NCBI GenBank assembly: GCA_046046695.1
Contig: JBJOJJ010000001.1
Coordinates: forward strand, 65,802-129,801
Reading direction: 5' to 3'
DNA length: 64,000 bases
Source of the DNA: Actinomycetota bacterium
Lineage (GTDB): Bacteria; Actinomycetota; Actinomycetes; Actinomycetales; Microbacteriaceae
Position numbers and translations under genes: made by a program. Each line of letters opens with the position of its first letter. Position 1 is the first letter of the stretch. Positions 50,403 through 60,482 of this stretch are shown here, piece by piece. The notes beneath the pieces are model-generated. The model was given only the letters and a program-made list of their open reading frames with translations, searched no databases and was not told where the DNA came from.

Positions 50403-51083
50403 GTGTCGAACAAGATTCTTGTCGTTGACGATGATGACGCACTGCGCGAAATGGTTGGGCTAGTTCTCAACGCTGCCGGCTATGAAACCGTATTTGCGGC
50501 CGATGGGCTCAGCGCTGTCGACGTTTTCAAAAAAGAGGAACCAGATTTGGTTCTTTTGGACATCATGTTGCCTGGGCAGTCCGGAATTGAAGTCTGCAAG
50601 CAGCTGCGAGTTCTAAGCGGAACTCCAATTGTGATGCTTACCGCCAAGGGCGACACCGAAGATGTGGTGTTGGGTCTTGAGGCCGGTGCCGATGACTACG
50701 TGGTGAAGCCACATAACGGAGCTGAACTCTTGGCTCGCATTAAGGCCAGGCTTCGCCCGGTTGCCGAAGACGGTGGAATTATCACCGTTGGAGAACTCAC
50801 CATGGACCCACGTTCCTACGAGGTGAAGCGCGCCGGTGTGAAGATTTCACTAACCCCACTCGAGTTCAAGTTGCTGCACACCTTGGCGGTGAAGCCACAG
50901 CAGGTTTTCTCTAGGGAAATGTTGTTGGAGCAGGTCTGGGGTTACCAGTACAAGGCCGACACCCGCCTGGTGAATGTTCACGTCCAGCGCCTAAGGTCCA
51001 AGGTCGAGGAGGATCCTGAGAACCCGAAGATTGTCACCACAGTGCGCGGCCACGGATATCGGGCTGGTACCGAAACTCCGTGA
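50403..51083 (+). CDS. mtrA: OmpR-family response regulator MtrA
   Basis: LLDIMLPG, DTRLVNVHVQRLRSKVE; mtrA-mtrB-lpqB synteny. Confidence 0.93.
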   Translation: MSNKILVVDDDDALREMVGLVLNAAGYETVFAADGLSAVDVFKKEEPDLVLLDIMLPGQSGIEVCKQLRVLSGTPIVMLTAKGDTEDVVLGLEAGADDYVVKPHNGAELLARIKARLRPVAEDGGIITVGELTMDPRSYEVKRAGVKISLTPLEFKLLHTLAVKPQQVFSREMLLEQVWGYQYKADTRLVNVHVQRLRSKVEEDPENPKIVTTVRGHGYRAGTETP

Positions 51084-52621
51084 TCTCCCTGCTAAGACGG
51101 TCACTTACTGCTAGGACCGTATTTGCCACAGTAACCCTGAGCGCAATCGCGCTGGCAACTTTGGGGGGCTTTCTCTCCTACTCGCTAGCGAACAACTTCT
51201 TTCAAAACCGCCTAAGTCAAGTGCTCAGCGAAACCGAACGCGCAGTGACATCGGTGCAGGGCACCGTTGCGGCAGCTTCGTTGGCGGATGAAACTGCGCT
51301 GCAGACCCTGATCAACTCCGTGGTGCCATCGCTTGAGGTCTCTGGGGTGTCAGGAGCCAGACAGGTTGCGCTACTTCGAAGCCCTGGGCAACCGCAGCTT
51401 CAGCTTTTCCAATCGCCTATTTCCCAAGACCTAGATTTGGCGACGATTCCCAGTGAACTGCGCGAAGAAGTTAGGGCCTCTGACGGGGTGCTTACCTACA
51501 CCTCGGTTTCTTTGGTGAGAAACGGCCAAATTGTTCCGGGTATTACGGTTGGCGCTCCGATTACCCTGCCGCTGGCAGGTGATTTCGAGCTCTACCTGGT
51601 TTTCGATCTGGGGCCTGAACAGCAAGCACTGGATACCGTGCAGCGAGCCTTGGCATTTGGTGGTGTGGTGCTGCTGGCTGTGATTTCGTTGGTGAGCTAC
51701 TTCGTCACCAGAACCATTATCAAACCGGTGGAGCAGGCCGCCTCGGTTGCTGAGTCGTTGTCCGAGGGGCAGTTGGATGTTCGTCTTCCAGAAAAGGGCA
51801 CTGATGTCATGGCGGTGCTGGCCCGTTCGTTTAACAAGATGGCCAACAGCCTCCAGCAGCAAATTCAGCAGCTCGACTCGCTCTCGAGAATGCAGCGCCG
51901 TTTCGTGTCTGACGTATCGCATGAACTTCGAACCCCAATGACCACCATCAAGTTGGCCGGTGAGGTGATATTCGGTAATCGCGAGAAGTTAGAGCCATCA
52001 CTATCCAGATCCGCCGAGTTGATGCAGAACCAGATTCAACGCTTCGAAGAACTATTGGCCGATCTTTTGGAGATTTCTCGCTACGACGCCGGGGCGGTAA
52101 CTGCCGACCTTGAACTCCATGATCTCAACGCCGTGGTTGGTGCAGCCATCGCCAGCATCGAACCGCTGGCAAAGAGCAAAGAAACCGAGATTCAAGTTCG
52201 CCTACCAGCCGGGAATGTCGAAGCCGAATTTGATGCCAAGCGAATTGAACGATTGCTTAGAAACCTGCTCTCCAATGCTGTCGAGCATGGCGAGGGCAAA
52301 CCAATCGTGGTGGAGGTTGGCTCGAATGCTAACGCAGTTGCAGTCTGCGTGACAGATCGCGGGGTCGGCATGACCAAGCAGCAGTTGGAGCGTATTTTTG
52401 ACCGATTCTGGCGTGCTGATCCAGCCAGGCAGCGTTCGGTTGGCGGCACCGGTCTCGGGCTTGCTATCTCGCGAGAGGACGCAATTCTGCATCGTGGTTG
52501 GCTACAGGTGTGGTCTAAGCCAAACCGCGGCTCAAGCTTCAGGCTGACCTTGCCGATCAGGGCCGATGCCGTAATTGCGAATTCGCCACTGCCATTGCCA
52601 CCTAGAACGATGGAGGGCTAA
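51080..52621 (+). CDS. mtrB: Sensor histidine kinase MtrB
   Basis: 2 TM, HAMP, FVSDVSHELRTP, RFWRADPAR, GGTGLGL. Confidence 0.93.
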   Translation: MISLLRRSLTARTVFATVTLSAIALATLGGFLSYSLANNFFQNRLSQVLSETERAVTSVQGTVAAASLADETALQTLINSVVPSLEVSGVSGARQVALLRSPGQPQLQLFQSPISQDLDLATIPSELREEVRASDGVLTYTSVSLVRNGQIVPGITVGAPITLPLAGDFELYLVFDLGPEQQALDTVQRALAFGGVVLLAVISLVSYFVTRTIIKPVEQAASVAESLSEGQLDVRLPEKGTDVMAVLARSFNKMANSLQQQIQQLDSLSRMQRRFVSDVSHELRTPMTTIKLAGEVIFGNREKLEPSLSRSAELMQNQIQRFEELLADLLEISRYDAGAVTADLELHDLNAVVGAAIASIEPLAKSKETEIQVRLPAGNVEAEFDAKRIERLLRNLLSNAVEHGEGKPIVVEVGSNANAVAVCVTDRGVGMTKQQLERIFDRFWRADPARQRSVGGTGLGLAISREDAILHRGWLQVWSKPNRGSSFRLTLPIRADAVIANSPLPLPPRTMEG

Positions 52622-54276
52622 TGAAGAAGATTTTTGCTTTAGTGCTCTCCGCCTTGTTGCTCGCTGGTTGCGCGCAATTGCCAACCAAGGTTGATATCAA
52701 GAGCGGTCCCGAGTTGGTCGCTCCGGAGGCAGCTGACTTTAGCTACTACATTCCAACCGGCCCCTCCGAAGGCTCTTCGCAACAGGAGATCGTCTCTGGC
52801 TTCTTAGCAGCGGGTACTGGTCCGCAAAACGACTACTCAGTGGCACGTGAGTTTCTGACTGATGAATTTGCTCAGCGTTGGAACCCTGCTGCCGAGGTGC
52901 TGATTCGTGACGGTGCTCCTGGCTTTACTCCAAGTGGCGAGAGCTCGCTCATGGTGGATGTTCGGGTCGGAGCCTCAGTGGATGAGCACGGTAGCTACCG
53001 GGAGAATCTGGAGCCAGAGCAGATAACGCTTCGCTTTAACTTGGAGCGTGAGGGTGGGGAGTGGCGAATCTCAAATGCTCCAAACCTGACCGTGGTCACC
53101 TCTCCAGTTTTCTCAGTGGTTTTCAATGCGTTCCAGGTCTACTTCTACAGCAACACTCAAAACGCTCTAGTCTCCGATGTCCGCTGGTTCCCATCTCGAG
53201 CATCCACCGGTACCAAATTGGTAAACGCTCTGCTCGCCGGCCCGTCCGCCCACCTGGCACAGGGCGTTGTCTCCTCGATCCCGGATGGGACCAAGCTCAC
53301 AATCGATGCGGTGAATATCCAAGACGGTGTTGCCCAGGTCGATTTTGATTCGACCGCCTTGGAGGCAGATGCTCTGGAGCGTCGATTGATGCTCACTCAG
53401 TTGCGAGCAACCCTGATGCAGTTGGTTGGAGTAGCGGATGTGCAGGTTTCGATCAATAGCTCGCCCCAGGAAATCATTCCGGCAAACCTCCAGACCCCAT
53501 CGGTTGGCGGAGCGGCCTTCTACCTTAGAAACACCGGCATCTACCGGGTGACTGGAACTAACGACACGGTTATTCGCGGCACAGCGGGCTTTTTGAACGC
53601 GGAATCCGTCACGGCCTTCGACGTGACTGAGGATGGCGATTGGATTGCTTACGCAACCGCGGCCGGAGTCACGTTAGTGGACAACACCGGCCTCTCGGGA
53701 CGTGCCGAGACGGTGTCCACTAGGTCCACTGTCCGCAACCTGTTTTTTGATTCATATGGCTATCTCTGGGTGATTCCAGGCGGGGCAGGCGAACCAATCG
53801 AGATTGTCTCCAGAGCTGGAGAGCGAAAGTACCTATTCGAGAACTTGCAAGGTGATCGCGGTCAGGTGAGAATCGGCCCCGCTGGGGCGCGATTGGCAAG
53901 TCTTGAAACTGGAGAGCTCAGTCGAATCAGAACTTATTCGGTTTCGCGAGATCTTGCGGGTTGGCCAATCAAATTGACGCTGGGTGGCCTGGTTCACACC
54001 TCCATCGGAACGGTGCTGTCCTTCACCTGGCAGAGCGCGGATACTCTTCGAGTGCTGGAGGAAACCAGCTCGGGTCTGACCTCGATTAGCGATTACCCAA
54101 TCACCGGACCTAGAGCCCAGTTGAGTATTCCGCCGGTAACCGGAGTAGAGATTTATACCGGCGCTGCGGGGCTTTCCACCTACTTGGTAGCCGAGAACGG
54201 TGAGGTCTGGGTGCTGACTGGAAGCGCTTGGCGTCGAGTTGTGGCAAATGCGATGCTGATAGCCACCAACGACTAA
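52621..54276 (+). CDS. lpqB: Lipoprotein LpqB (GerMN + beta-propeller)
   Basis: LAGC lipobox; IVSGFL, DVRWF, LLAGP; synteny. Confidence 0.9.
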   Translation: MKKIFALVLSALLLAGCAQLPTKVDIKSGPELVAPEAADFSYYIPTGPSEGSSQQEIVSGFLAAGTGPQNDYSVAREFLTDEFAQRWNPAAEVLIRDGAPGFTPSGESSLMVDVRVGASVDEHGSYRENLEPEQITLRFNLEREGGEWRISNAPNLTVVTSPVFSVVFNAFQVYFYSNTQNALVSDVRWFPSRASTGTKLVNALLAGPSAHLAQGVVSSIPDGTKLTIDAVNIQDGVAQVDFDSTALEADALERRLMLTQLRATLMQLVGVADVQVSINSSPQEIIPANLQTPSVGGAAFYLRNTGIYRVTGTNDTVIRGTAGFLNAESVTAFDVTEDGDWIAYATAAGVTLVDNTGLSGRAETVSTRSTVRNLFFDSYGYLWVIPGGAGEPIEIVSRAGERKYLFENLQGDRGQVRIGPAGARLASLETGELSRIRTYSVSRDLAGWPIKLTLGGLVHTSIGTVLSFTWQSADTLRVLEETSSGLTSISDYPITGPRAQLSIPPVTGVEIYTGAAGLSTYLVAENGEVWVLTGSAWRRVVANAMLIATND

Positions 54277-54355
54277 CAGAGAACTACTTCAGGTCTTTAT
54301 CCACAAATAGCCAAAGCCAGTTCAAACCTGCCCGAATCTCGAAGAGGCTAGGTGG

Positions 54356-54973
54356 ATGGCCTATACATTGATTGATCTGGTTTTCCCATCTAGCTGCGTG
54401 GTCTGCGGGAGCAAACCTAAGCCAATTTGCCCCAGATGCCGCCCTGAAGCGGAAATCGGGGAAATGGCAGGTTTTGACTTTCCAGTTTTCTATGCCCATC
54501 GACACCAGGGAGCCATTGAGCAGGTGATAACCGGATACAAAGATCAGCAGCTGACAGCGCTTGAGGAGACTTTGGCCAAATCTGTTGCGGAGCTTTTTTC
54601 AAGTGTGGACATGAGTGAGGTGTCAGCTTTGGTGCTTCCGGCAAGAAACCCGAGGAACTATCGCAAACGTGGTTTCGATCCGGCCAAATCACTTGCCAAA
54701 CGGGCTTTGAAAATCGCAGGGATAAACATCCCGATCATCACCCTTTCCAACATCCGCTCCCGAATGGACCAGCGCGGCTTGGGCCGCCAGGACCGGGTGA
54801 AGAATGTGACCGGCAGCATGCGGCTCACGGTGGTTCCCTCGGGCAAAGTTGCGTTGTTTGACGATGTGGTAACTACCGGTTCAACACTTAGGGAGCTTGC
54901 CCGAGCCTGCGAGGTGGTCGGAGTCAAGGTGACCGTGGGCTGTGTATTGGCTCAAAGAAATGCACAATCTTGA
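54356..54973 (+). CDS. comF: ComF family phosphoribosyltransferase-like protein
   Basis: CVVC...CPRC zinc finger; RGFD; FDDVVTTGST. Confidence 0.9.
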   Translation: MAYTLIDLVFPSSCVVCGSKPKPICPRCRPEAEIGEMAGFDFPVFYAHRHQGAIEQVITGYKDQQLTALEETLAKSVAELFSSVDMSEVSALVLPARNPRNYRKRGFDPAKSLAKRALKIAGINIPIITLSNIRSRMDQRGLGRQDRVKNVTGSMRLTVVPSGKVALFDDVVTTGSTLRELARACEVVGVKVTVGCVLAQRNAQS

Positions 54974-55038
54974 CGCGGTCTTGACCTTTAAGGCGTATCT
55001 TGTTTTTAGGGCAAAGTTGCCCCTAGACGGAGGTCAAA

Positions 55039-55659
55039 ATGGAACTCAAAATTACCGCCAGAAACCTCAATGTCTCGGACCGCTTCCGAGATTATGTCGA
55101 AGAGAAAGCCGGAAAAATCGACCGGTATGCGCACAAGCCTGAGGAACTTCACATCAAGATCACTCGCCAAGAACACAGCAAGACTGCTGGCGCGGAAGAT
55201 CAGGTTGAACTCACTGTTTACGAGCCCGGGCACATCGTCCGTGCTGAGGCTCGAGCTAGCGACAAGTTCGCGGCATTCGATATCGCCTTTGGCAAGTTGG
55301 TAGAGCGCCTCAGAAGGTATTCGGATAAGCACAAAGTTCACCGCGGCGGCGGCCACAAGAACCTTTCCGCGAGTGAATTGGCAGCCACGGACTTTGCGGC
55401 TCTGGATGTAACTCCAATCGACCACGACCTCTTGCTTGGCAAAGTCGAGCCTGAGCCTGTAACCGAAGATGCTCCATACAACCCGGTGGTCATCAAATCC
55501 AAGGAGTTTGAGGGCAAGCCAATGACCAAGGAAGAGGCCGTTGGTCACATGGAATTGGTGGGCCACGACTTCTATTTGTTCTTAGACTCCGAAACCTCTC
55601 GGCCAGCGGTGGTTTATCGCCGTAAAGGCTGGAATTACGGGGTTATTTCCCTGGTCTAG
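55039..55659 (+). CDS. hpf: Ribosome hibernation factor (long HPF/RaiA)
   Basis: N-terminal S30AE domain; C-terminal [11 protein letters not shown]...VVYRR. Confidence 0.95.
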   Translation: MELKITARNLNVSDRFRDYVEEKAGKIDRYAHKPEELHIKITRQEHSKTAGAEDQVELTVYEPGHIVRAEARASDKFAAFDIAFGKLVERLRRYSDKHKVHRGGGHKNLSASELAATDFAALDVTPIDHDLLLGKVEPEPVTEDAPYNPVVIKSKEFEGKPMTKEEAVGHMELVGHDFYLFLDSETSRPAVVYRRKGWNYGVISLV

Positions 55660-55709
55660 TCCAAAGCACATCACGGGTAGAATTACACCCGTTAATCAAG
55701 GAGTATCTA

Positions 55710-58364
55710 TTGGCGTCGATTATTGACAAACTGCTTCGCGCGGGCGAGGGAAGACTGCTCAGAAAGCTGCAGTCCATTGCCGCTGAGGTAAACGCACTAG
55801 AGCCAAACTTCCAGGCGCTAACCGATGAAGAGCTACACGGTGAAACCGCGGCCCTGCGTCAGCGCTTTGCTGAGGGCGAGACCCTTGATGACCTGCTACC
55901 AGAAGCCTTTGCCGCTGTGCGTGAAGCTTCGGTGAGAACTCTTGGTATGCGCCACTTCGACGTCCAGCTCATGGGTGGAGCAGCACTTCACCTGGGCAAC
56001 ATTGCGGAAATGAAAACCGGTGAGGGTAAAACTTTGGTTGCCACTCTGGCCGCCTACCTAAACGCGATTCCAGGTCGCGGAGTCCACGTAGTCACCGTAA
56101 ACGATTTCTTGGCTGGCTACCAGTCCGAACTGATGGGTCGCATTTTCCGTGCGCTTGGTATGACCACCGGCTGCATTCTTGGCGGTCAGGACCCAGCCCA
56201 GCGTCGCGAGATGTACGCCTGCGACATCACCTACGGCACCAACAACGAGTTTGGTTTTGACTACCTGCGCGACAACATGGCGCTAAACAGCCAGGACCTC
56301 GTACAGCGTGGACACTTCTTCGCAATCGTCGACGAGGTTGACTCGATTTTGATCGACGAAGCTAGAACTCCGCTAATTATCTCGGGCCCTGCCGCAGCGG
56401 ATGTGAACCGCTGGTTTGGAGTATTCGCCAAGTTGGCTCAGACCCTTGAAATCGATGTTGACTACGAGGTTGATGAGAAGAAGCGCACCGTTGGCGTGCT
56501 GGAGGCGGGAATCGACAAGGTCGAGGACTACCTGGGAATCACCAACCTCTATGAGACCGCGAACACCCCACTCATTTCGTTCCTAAACAACTCAATTCGC
56601 GCCAAGGAGCTGTTCCGTAAGGACCGCGACTATGTGATCGTGAACGGTGAGGTTCAGATTGTCGACGAGCACACTGGACGTCTACTTCCAGGCCGTCGTT
56701 ACAACGAGGGTATGCACCAGGCGATTGAGGCAAAAGAGGGCGTAGCCATCAAGGCTGAGAACCAAACTCTTGCCACCGTTACGCTGCAGAACTACTTCAG
56801 ACTCTACGAGAAGCTGTCTGGTATGACCGGTACCGCAGAAACCGAAGCGGCTGAGTTCATGTCCACCTACAAGCTCGGTGTGGTACCAATCCCAACCAAC
56901 AAGCCAATGGTCCGCATGGATCAATCTGACCTGATCTTCAAGAACGAAGAGGTCAAGTTCCACATGGTGGTGCAGGACATCGCTGAGCGTCACGCCAAGG
57001 GACAGCCAATTTTGGTTGGAACCACCAGCGTTGAAAAGAGCGAGTATCTCTCGAAGCTTTTGGCCAAGGCTGGCATCAAGCACGAAGTGCTGAACGCCAA
57101 GAACAATGCTCGCGAAGCGGTAATCGTTGCTCAAGCTGGTCGATTTGGTGCCGTTACGGTTGCGACCAACATGGCTGGTCGTGGTACCGACATCATGCTC
57201 GGTGGCAACGCCGAGTTCCTTGCTGTGCAGGAGATGCACAAGCTCGGTCTTGACCCAGAAGAGCAGGCTGAGCAATACGAAGAGGCCTGGGATGAGATTT
57301 TTGGCAAGGTCAAGCAAGAGGTAGCCAAAGAAGCCGAGCGCGTGCTCGAAGTTGGCGGCCTATACGTGCTTGGAACTGAGCGCCACGAATCCCGTCGAAT
57401 CGACAACCAGCTGCGAGGTCGTTCCGGTCGTCAGGGTGACCCAGGTGAATCCCGCTTCTACCTATCGCTTACCGATGACCTTATGCGCCTATTCAACTCA
57501 GGTGCTGCGGCAGCTTTGATGAACCGCTCCTCGGTGCCAGACGACTCAGCAATTGAGTCGAAGATGGTTTCTAAGGCAATCGCATCTGCTCAGGGGCAGG
57601 TCGAAGGTCGCAACGCTGAGATTCGCAAGAACATCTTGAAGTATGACGATGTCATGAACCGTCAGCGCGAAGCAATCTATGCGGACCGTCGACAGATTCT
57701 CAAGGGTGAAGACATCTCGGCGACCTTCCAATCCTTCCTGGAGGAGACCGTAAACGACATTGTTGCGGTTAACCTTCCTGAGGGTGGCAGCCAGGATTGG
57801 GATCTAGAGCAGCTGTGGGTTCAGCTCAAGCAGGTCTACCCAATCGGCATTGAGATTTCTGAGGTGTTGGAAGCTGCTGGCTCACGCGCCAAGCTAACTA
57901 AGGCTTGGTTGATCGAAGAGATTCTCTCGGATGCCCGCATCGCCTACGAAAACCGCACCAAGGAGGTCGGTGAAGAGGTAATGCGTGAACTTGAACGTCG
58001 CGTAATGCTTTCGGTTATCGACCGAAAGTGGCGTGATCACCTCTACGAGATGGACTATCTCAAGGAGGGTATTGGACTCAGAGCTATGGCTCAGCGTGAC
58101 CCGCTAGTTGAATACCAGCGCGAGGGCTACGGCATGTTTATTGACATGATGGCTGGCATTCGCGAAGAGGCAGTTCAGTTCCTCTTCAACATCGAATTGA
58201 AGCAGGCTGAGCCTCAGGTTCAGGCTGAACAGCCGCAGCAGTTGACGTTCAGTGCCCCTGATGAGAACGGTGAAGCTGACTCACACAGTGAACCAAACCC
58301 AGCGGTAAAGCCAGTTCAGAAGCCGAAGCAGGGTGGAGCAGGAAGTTCTTTCTTCAAGAACTAA
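55710..58364 (+). CDS. secA: Preprotein translocase ATPase SecA
   Basis: [46 protein letters not shown]. Confidence 0.98.
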   Translation: MASIIDKLLRAGEGRLLRKLQSIAAEVNALEPNFQALTDEELHGETAALRQRFAEGETLDDLLPEAFAAVREASVRTLGMRHFDVQLMGGAALHLGNIAEMKTGEGKTLVATLAAYLNAIPGRGVHVVTVNDFLAGYQSELMGRIFRALGMTTGCILGGQDPAQRREMYACDITYGTNNEFGFDYLRDNMALNSQDLVQRGHFFAIVDEVDSILIDEARTPLIISGPAAADVNRWFGVFAKLAQTLEIDVDYEVDEKKRTVGVLEAGIDKVEDYLGITNLYETANTPLISFLNNSIRAKELFRKDRDYVIVNGEVQIVDEHTGRLLPGRRYNEGMHQAIEAKEGVAIKAENQTLATVTLQNYFRLYEKLSGMTGTAETEAAEFMSTYKLGVVPIPTNKPMVRMDQSDLIFKNEEVKFHMVVQDIAERHAKGQPILVGTTSVEKSEYLSKLLAKAGIKHEVLNAKNNAREAVIVAQAGRFGAVTVATNMAGRGTDIMLGGNAEFLAVQEMHKLGLDPEEQAEQYEEAWDEIFGKVKQEVAKEAERVLEVGGLYVLGTERHESRRIDNQLRGRSGRQGDPGESRFYLSLTDDLMRLFNSGAAAALMNRSSVPDDSAIESKMVSKAIASAQGQVEGRNAEIRKNILKYDDVMNRQREAIYADRRQILKGEDISATFQSFLEETVNDIVAVNLPEGGSQDWDLEQLWVQLKQVYPIGIEISEVLEAAGSRAKLTKAWLIEEILSDARIAYENRTKEVGEEVMRELERRVMLSVIDRKWRDHLYEMDYLKEGIGLRAMAQRDPLVEYQREGYGMFIDMMAGIREEAVQFLFNIELKQAEPQVQAEQPQQLTFSAPDENGEADSHSEPNPAVKPVQKPKQGGAGSSFFKN

Positions 58365-58720
58365 ATGATCAAGACTTCGGTCACGCGAAATCGATCGTGA
58401 ATTCTCTCTGCCCTAAGCGCAACGGCCTTTGTTGCTCCTGAGACCCTGAGTATTACCACGCCATGAATTCCTGCGTCATCAGTCAAAAATGTCTTGCTTT
58501 TGCGAAGTGAAATGTCCGGCCTGGCTTTAGCGCCAGTGATCTGCCGCTGTATTGCCTCTCGTTTTGCCCGCTGTGAAATGTCGTAGTAAGCCTTGTCTGA
58601 TAGCCACCTAGCCAGCTGCTCAGGCCTTCTTACTCCAGCGAGGATTTCAATGTAAGCCTTGGAAATCTCAGCAAAAAGTTGAGCTGGATCGAAATCGCTA
58701 GGCACCTTATCATCGGACAT
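58361..58720 (-). CDS. Rv3235-family protein
   Basis: [15 protein letters not shown]...AVALRAE; convergent on secA as in other actinobacteria; GGAG SD before ATG 58720. Confidence 0.78.
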   Translation of the reverse strand: MSDDKVPSDFDPAQLFAEISKAYIEILAGVRRPEQLARWLSDKAYYDISQRAKREAIQRQITGAKARPDISLRKSKTFLTDDAGIHGVVILRVSGATKAVALRAERIHDRFRVTEVLII

Positions 58721-59031
58721 CTTGGCTCCTCCTTGAACGCCTTTGAGATTCAAGAAGTTTGCCCCCTATGACCCCACCCTTGGATAGCGGGTTTTTTGCC
58801 CTGTGGATAACTTGCCAGTTTTGCCTGGTACTCAAACAGCTCACGTTCCCTACCTAACTGAGCTTCCGGCGTAAGACCGGAGTCTCCATGAGTTGGTTAA
58901 TTATCTACGGTTATCCGCACATATAAACCACGTTTGGGACTTTTCTCAAACGTGTCGGCTTAATGCGGGTTTGTGGATAACGAAATACGAAAATTCAAGA
59001 GTTAGTCCAATCTCTCCCTGAGAGGAGAGAG

Positions 59032-59616
59032 ATGAACAAAACACTGCGGAAGAGAATTTCGAGTTTGACGCTGGTTCTGTTGACTGTGGCAGTTGGAATG
59101 GTGGTGGCGGGGTTCATCACCCTCAACAGGCCACTCCCGGAGTACCTGGTCGCAAAGTCGACGCTAATCCCGGGCGAGAGACTCGGAATCGAGAGTTTTG
59201 AGGTCAAGAGTCTAGATCTCGGATCTGTTGGCGATACATACCTGAAGGTTCGAAATGCACCAGCATCCTTTTACTTAGATGAGATGTTGATGGCAGGAGA
59301 ATTGGTCCCGAACCAAAAGGTGCTAATGGCTCCTTCACTTGGTTTGACCACCATAGTTCTTTCGCCGTCTATACCTGTCAGTCAAAAAGTATCAGCTGGG
59401 TCCTGGGTTCAAATATGGCGAACATCTCCAGGCGCACAGGGCTACCTAGGTGAGCTGTTGGTAGCAAGGAGCCAAGTCGTTGAAGTCATCCAAGATTCCT
59501 CATTTATCTCTGAACGAGGTTCAAACGTCGAGGTTTTGGTGTCTCAATCTCAAGCTGCTCTGCTTCTAGAAACTCTCGCCTCCGAGCTCAATGTTTATGT
59601 CTTGGTAGCCCCCTAA
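59032..59616 (+). CDS. SAF-domain / CpaB-like membrane-anchored protein
   Basis: GAGGAG SD; N-terminal TM; YLVAKSTLIPG...AGELV SAF-like pattern. Confidence 0.65.
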   Translation: MNKTLRKRISSLTLVLLTVAVGMVVAGFITLNRPLPEYLVAKSTLIPGERLGIESFEVKSLDLGSVGDTYLKVRNAPASFYLDEMLMAGELVPNQKVLMAPSLGLTTIVLSPSIPVSQKVSAGSWVQIWRTSPGAQGYLGELLVARSQVVEVIQDSSFISERGSNVEVLVSQSQAALLLETLASELNVYVLVAP

Positions 59617-60482
59617 TGCTGAATTTCAAATCGGCGAAATCGCTCGGAGTGCTTGAAGTGAGCAAAGACCGAGGAGCTAGGTCGATCGCCGTCTGGGGAA
59701 GTGCGGGTAGCGGAAAGACAATGCTCGCAATAAACCTCGCGTTTGAGCTGACTCGTTTGAATCAAAAAGTTCTACTTGTTGACTTGGACCTCCGACGACC
59801 TTCGGTCGCTTCTTGGCTTGGCCTCACCGATGCTGGCCCCGGCATTACGGCCGCAATGCGATTGGCGAGGGCCAATCGTCTAGAGATAGAAGAAGTCATT
59901 AGGCTGTGCGCAGAGTTGAGGTTTGGGTCTTCGAAAGTAGACATACTGACAGGCCTGTCCAGCCCTGTGCGTTGGTCGGAAGTCCGCATCGATGACTTAG
60001 TGTCGCTGCTTTCGGCGGTTGGTCCGCACTTTGACCTGATTGTCTTCGATCTAAACGACGAACTAAGCGACAAGACAATTGTTGATTCGGAGTTGAATTC
60101 TCGAGAGGACGTCACCCGCTGGATTGTTGAGTCCGTTGACCTATCGCTGGCGACTTTTATTGCTGATCCGGTGGGGATAAATCGCTTTTTGTTTGACCTT
60201 AGTTCGACTGATCGCAATCTTTGGCCAGTCGCAAATCGATTGAGTACACGGGGACTAGGCAAGTCCGCTGCGAAGCAGTTGCGGGCACTTCTCTCTGATT
60301 TCACTTCATCGTCGATTCGAGCCGAACTCCCGAGTGACACGACGAGTTGTGACGCAACCATTTCCAACGCGAGACCGCTCCTGCTCGAAAGCCCCAACTC
60401 CAAGCTGACGCTTGCCATCAGGGCACTAGCGGCTCAGATCCTCGACGAATCTACCTCGGGGCTAAACTCTGAGGGTGGCTAA
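59616..60482 (+). CDS. MinD/CpaE-like P-loop ATPase
   Basis: GSAGSGKT Walker A; LLVDLDL; IVFD; C-terminal NARPL. Confidence 0.78.
   Translation: MLNFKSAKSLGVLEVSKDRGARSIAVWGSAGSGKTMLAINLAFELTRLNQKVLLVDLDLRRPSVASWLGLTDAGPGITAAMRLARANRLEIEEVIRLCAELRFGSSKVDILTGLSSPVRWSEVRIDDLVSLLSAVGPHFDLIVFDLNDELSDKTIVDSELNSREDVTRWIVESVDLSLATFIADPVGINRFLFDLSSTDRNLWPVANRLSTRGLGKSAAKQLRALLSDFTSSSIRAELPSDTTSCDATISNARPLLLESPNSKLTLAIRALAAQILDESTSGLNSEGG

Noticed and set aside
54974-55038. raiA-motif ncRNA between comF and hpf
   Set aside because: The spacer is only 65 nt, far too short; it holds just a small hairpin (TAGGGCAA/TTGCCCCTA) and the SD
58745-58895. Short minus-strand open frame (..PEAQLGRERELFEYQAKLASYPQG..) as a gene or pseudogene
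   Set aside because: No convincing start or SD after the upstream in-frame stop, and no recognisable family motif
58760-59031. Chromosomal oriC
   Set aside because: No dnaA, dnaN, rpmH or gyrB context and few boxes; kept only as a DnaA-box-like cluster
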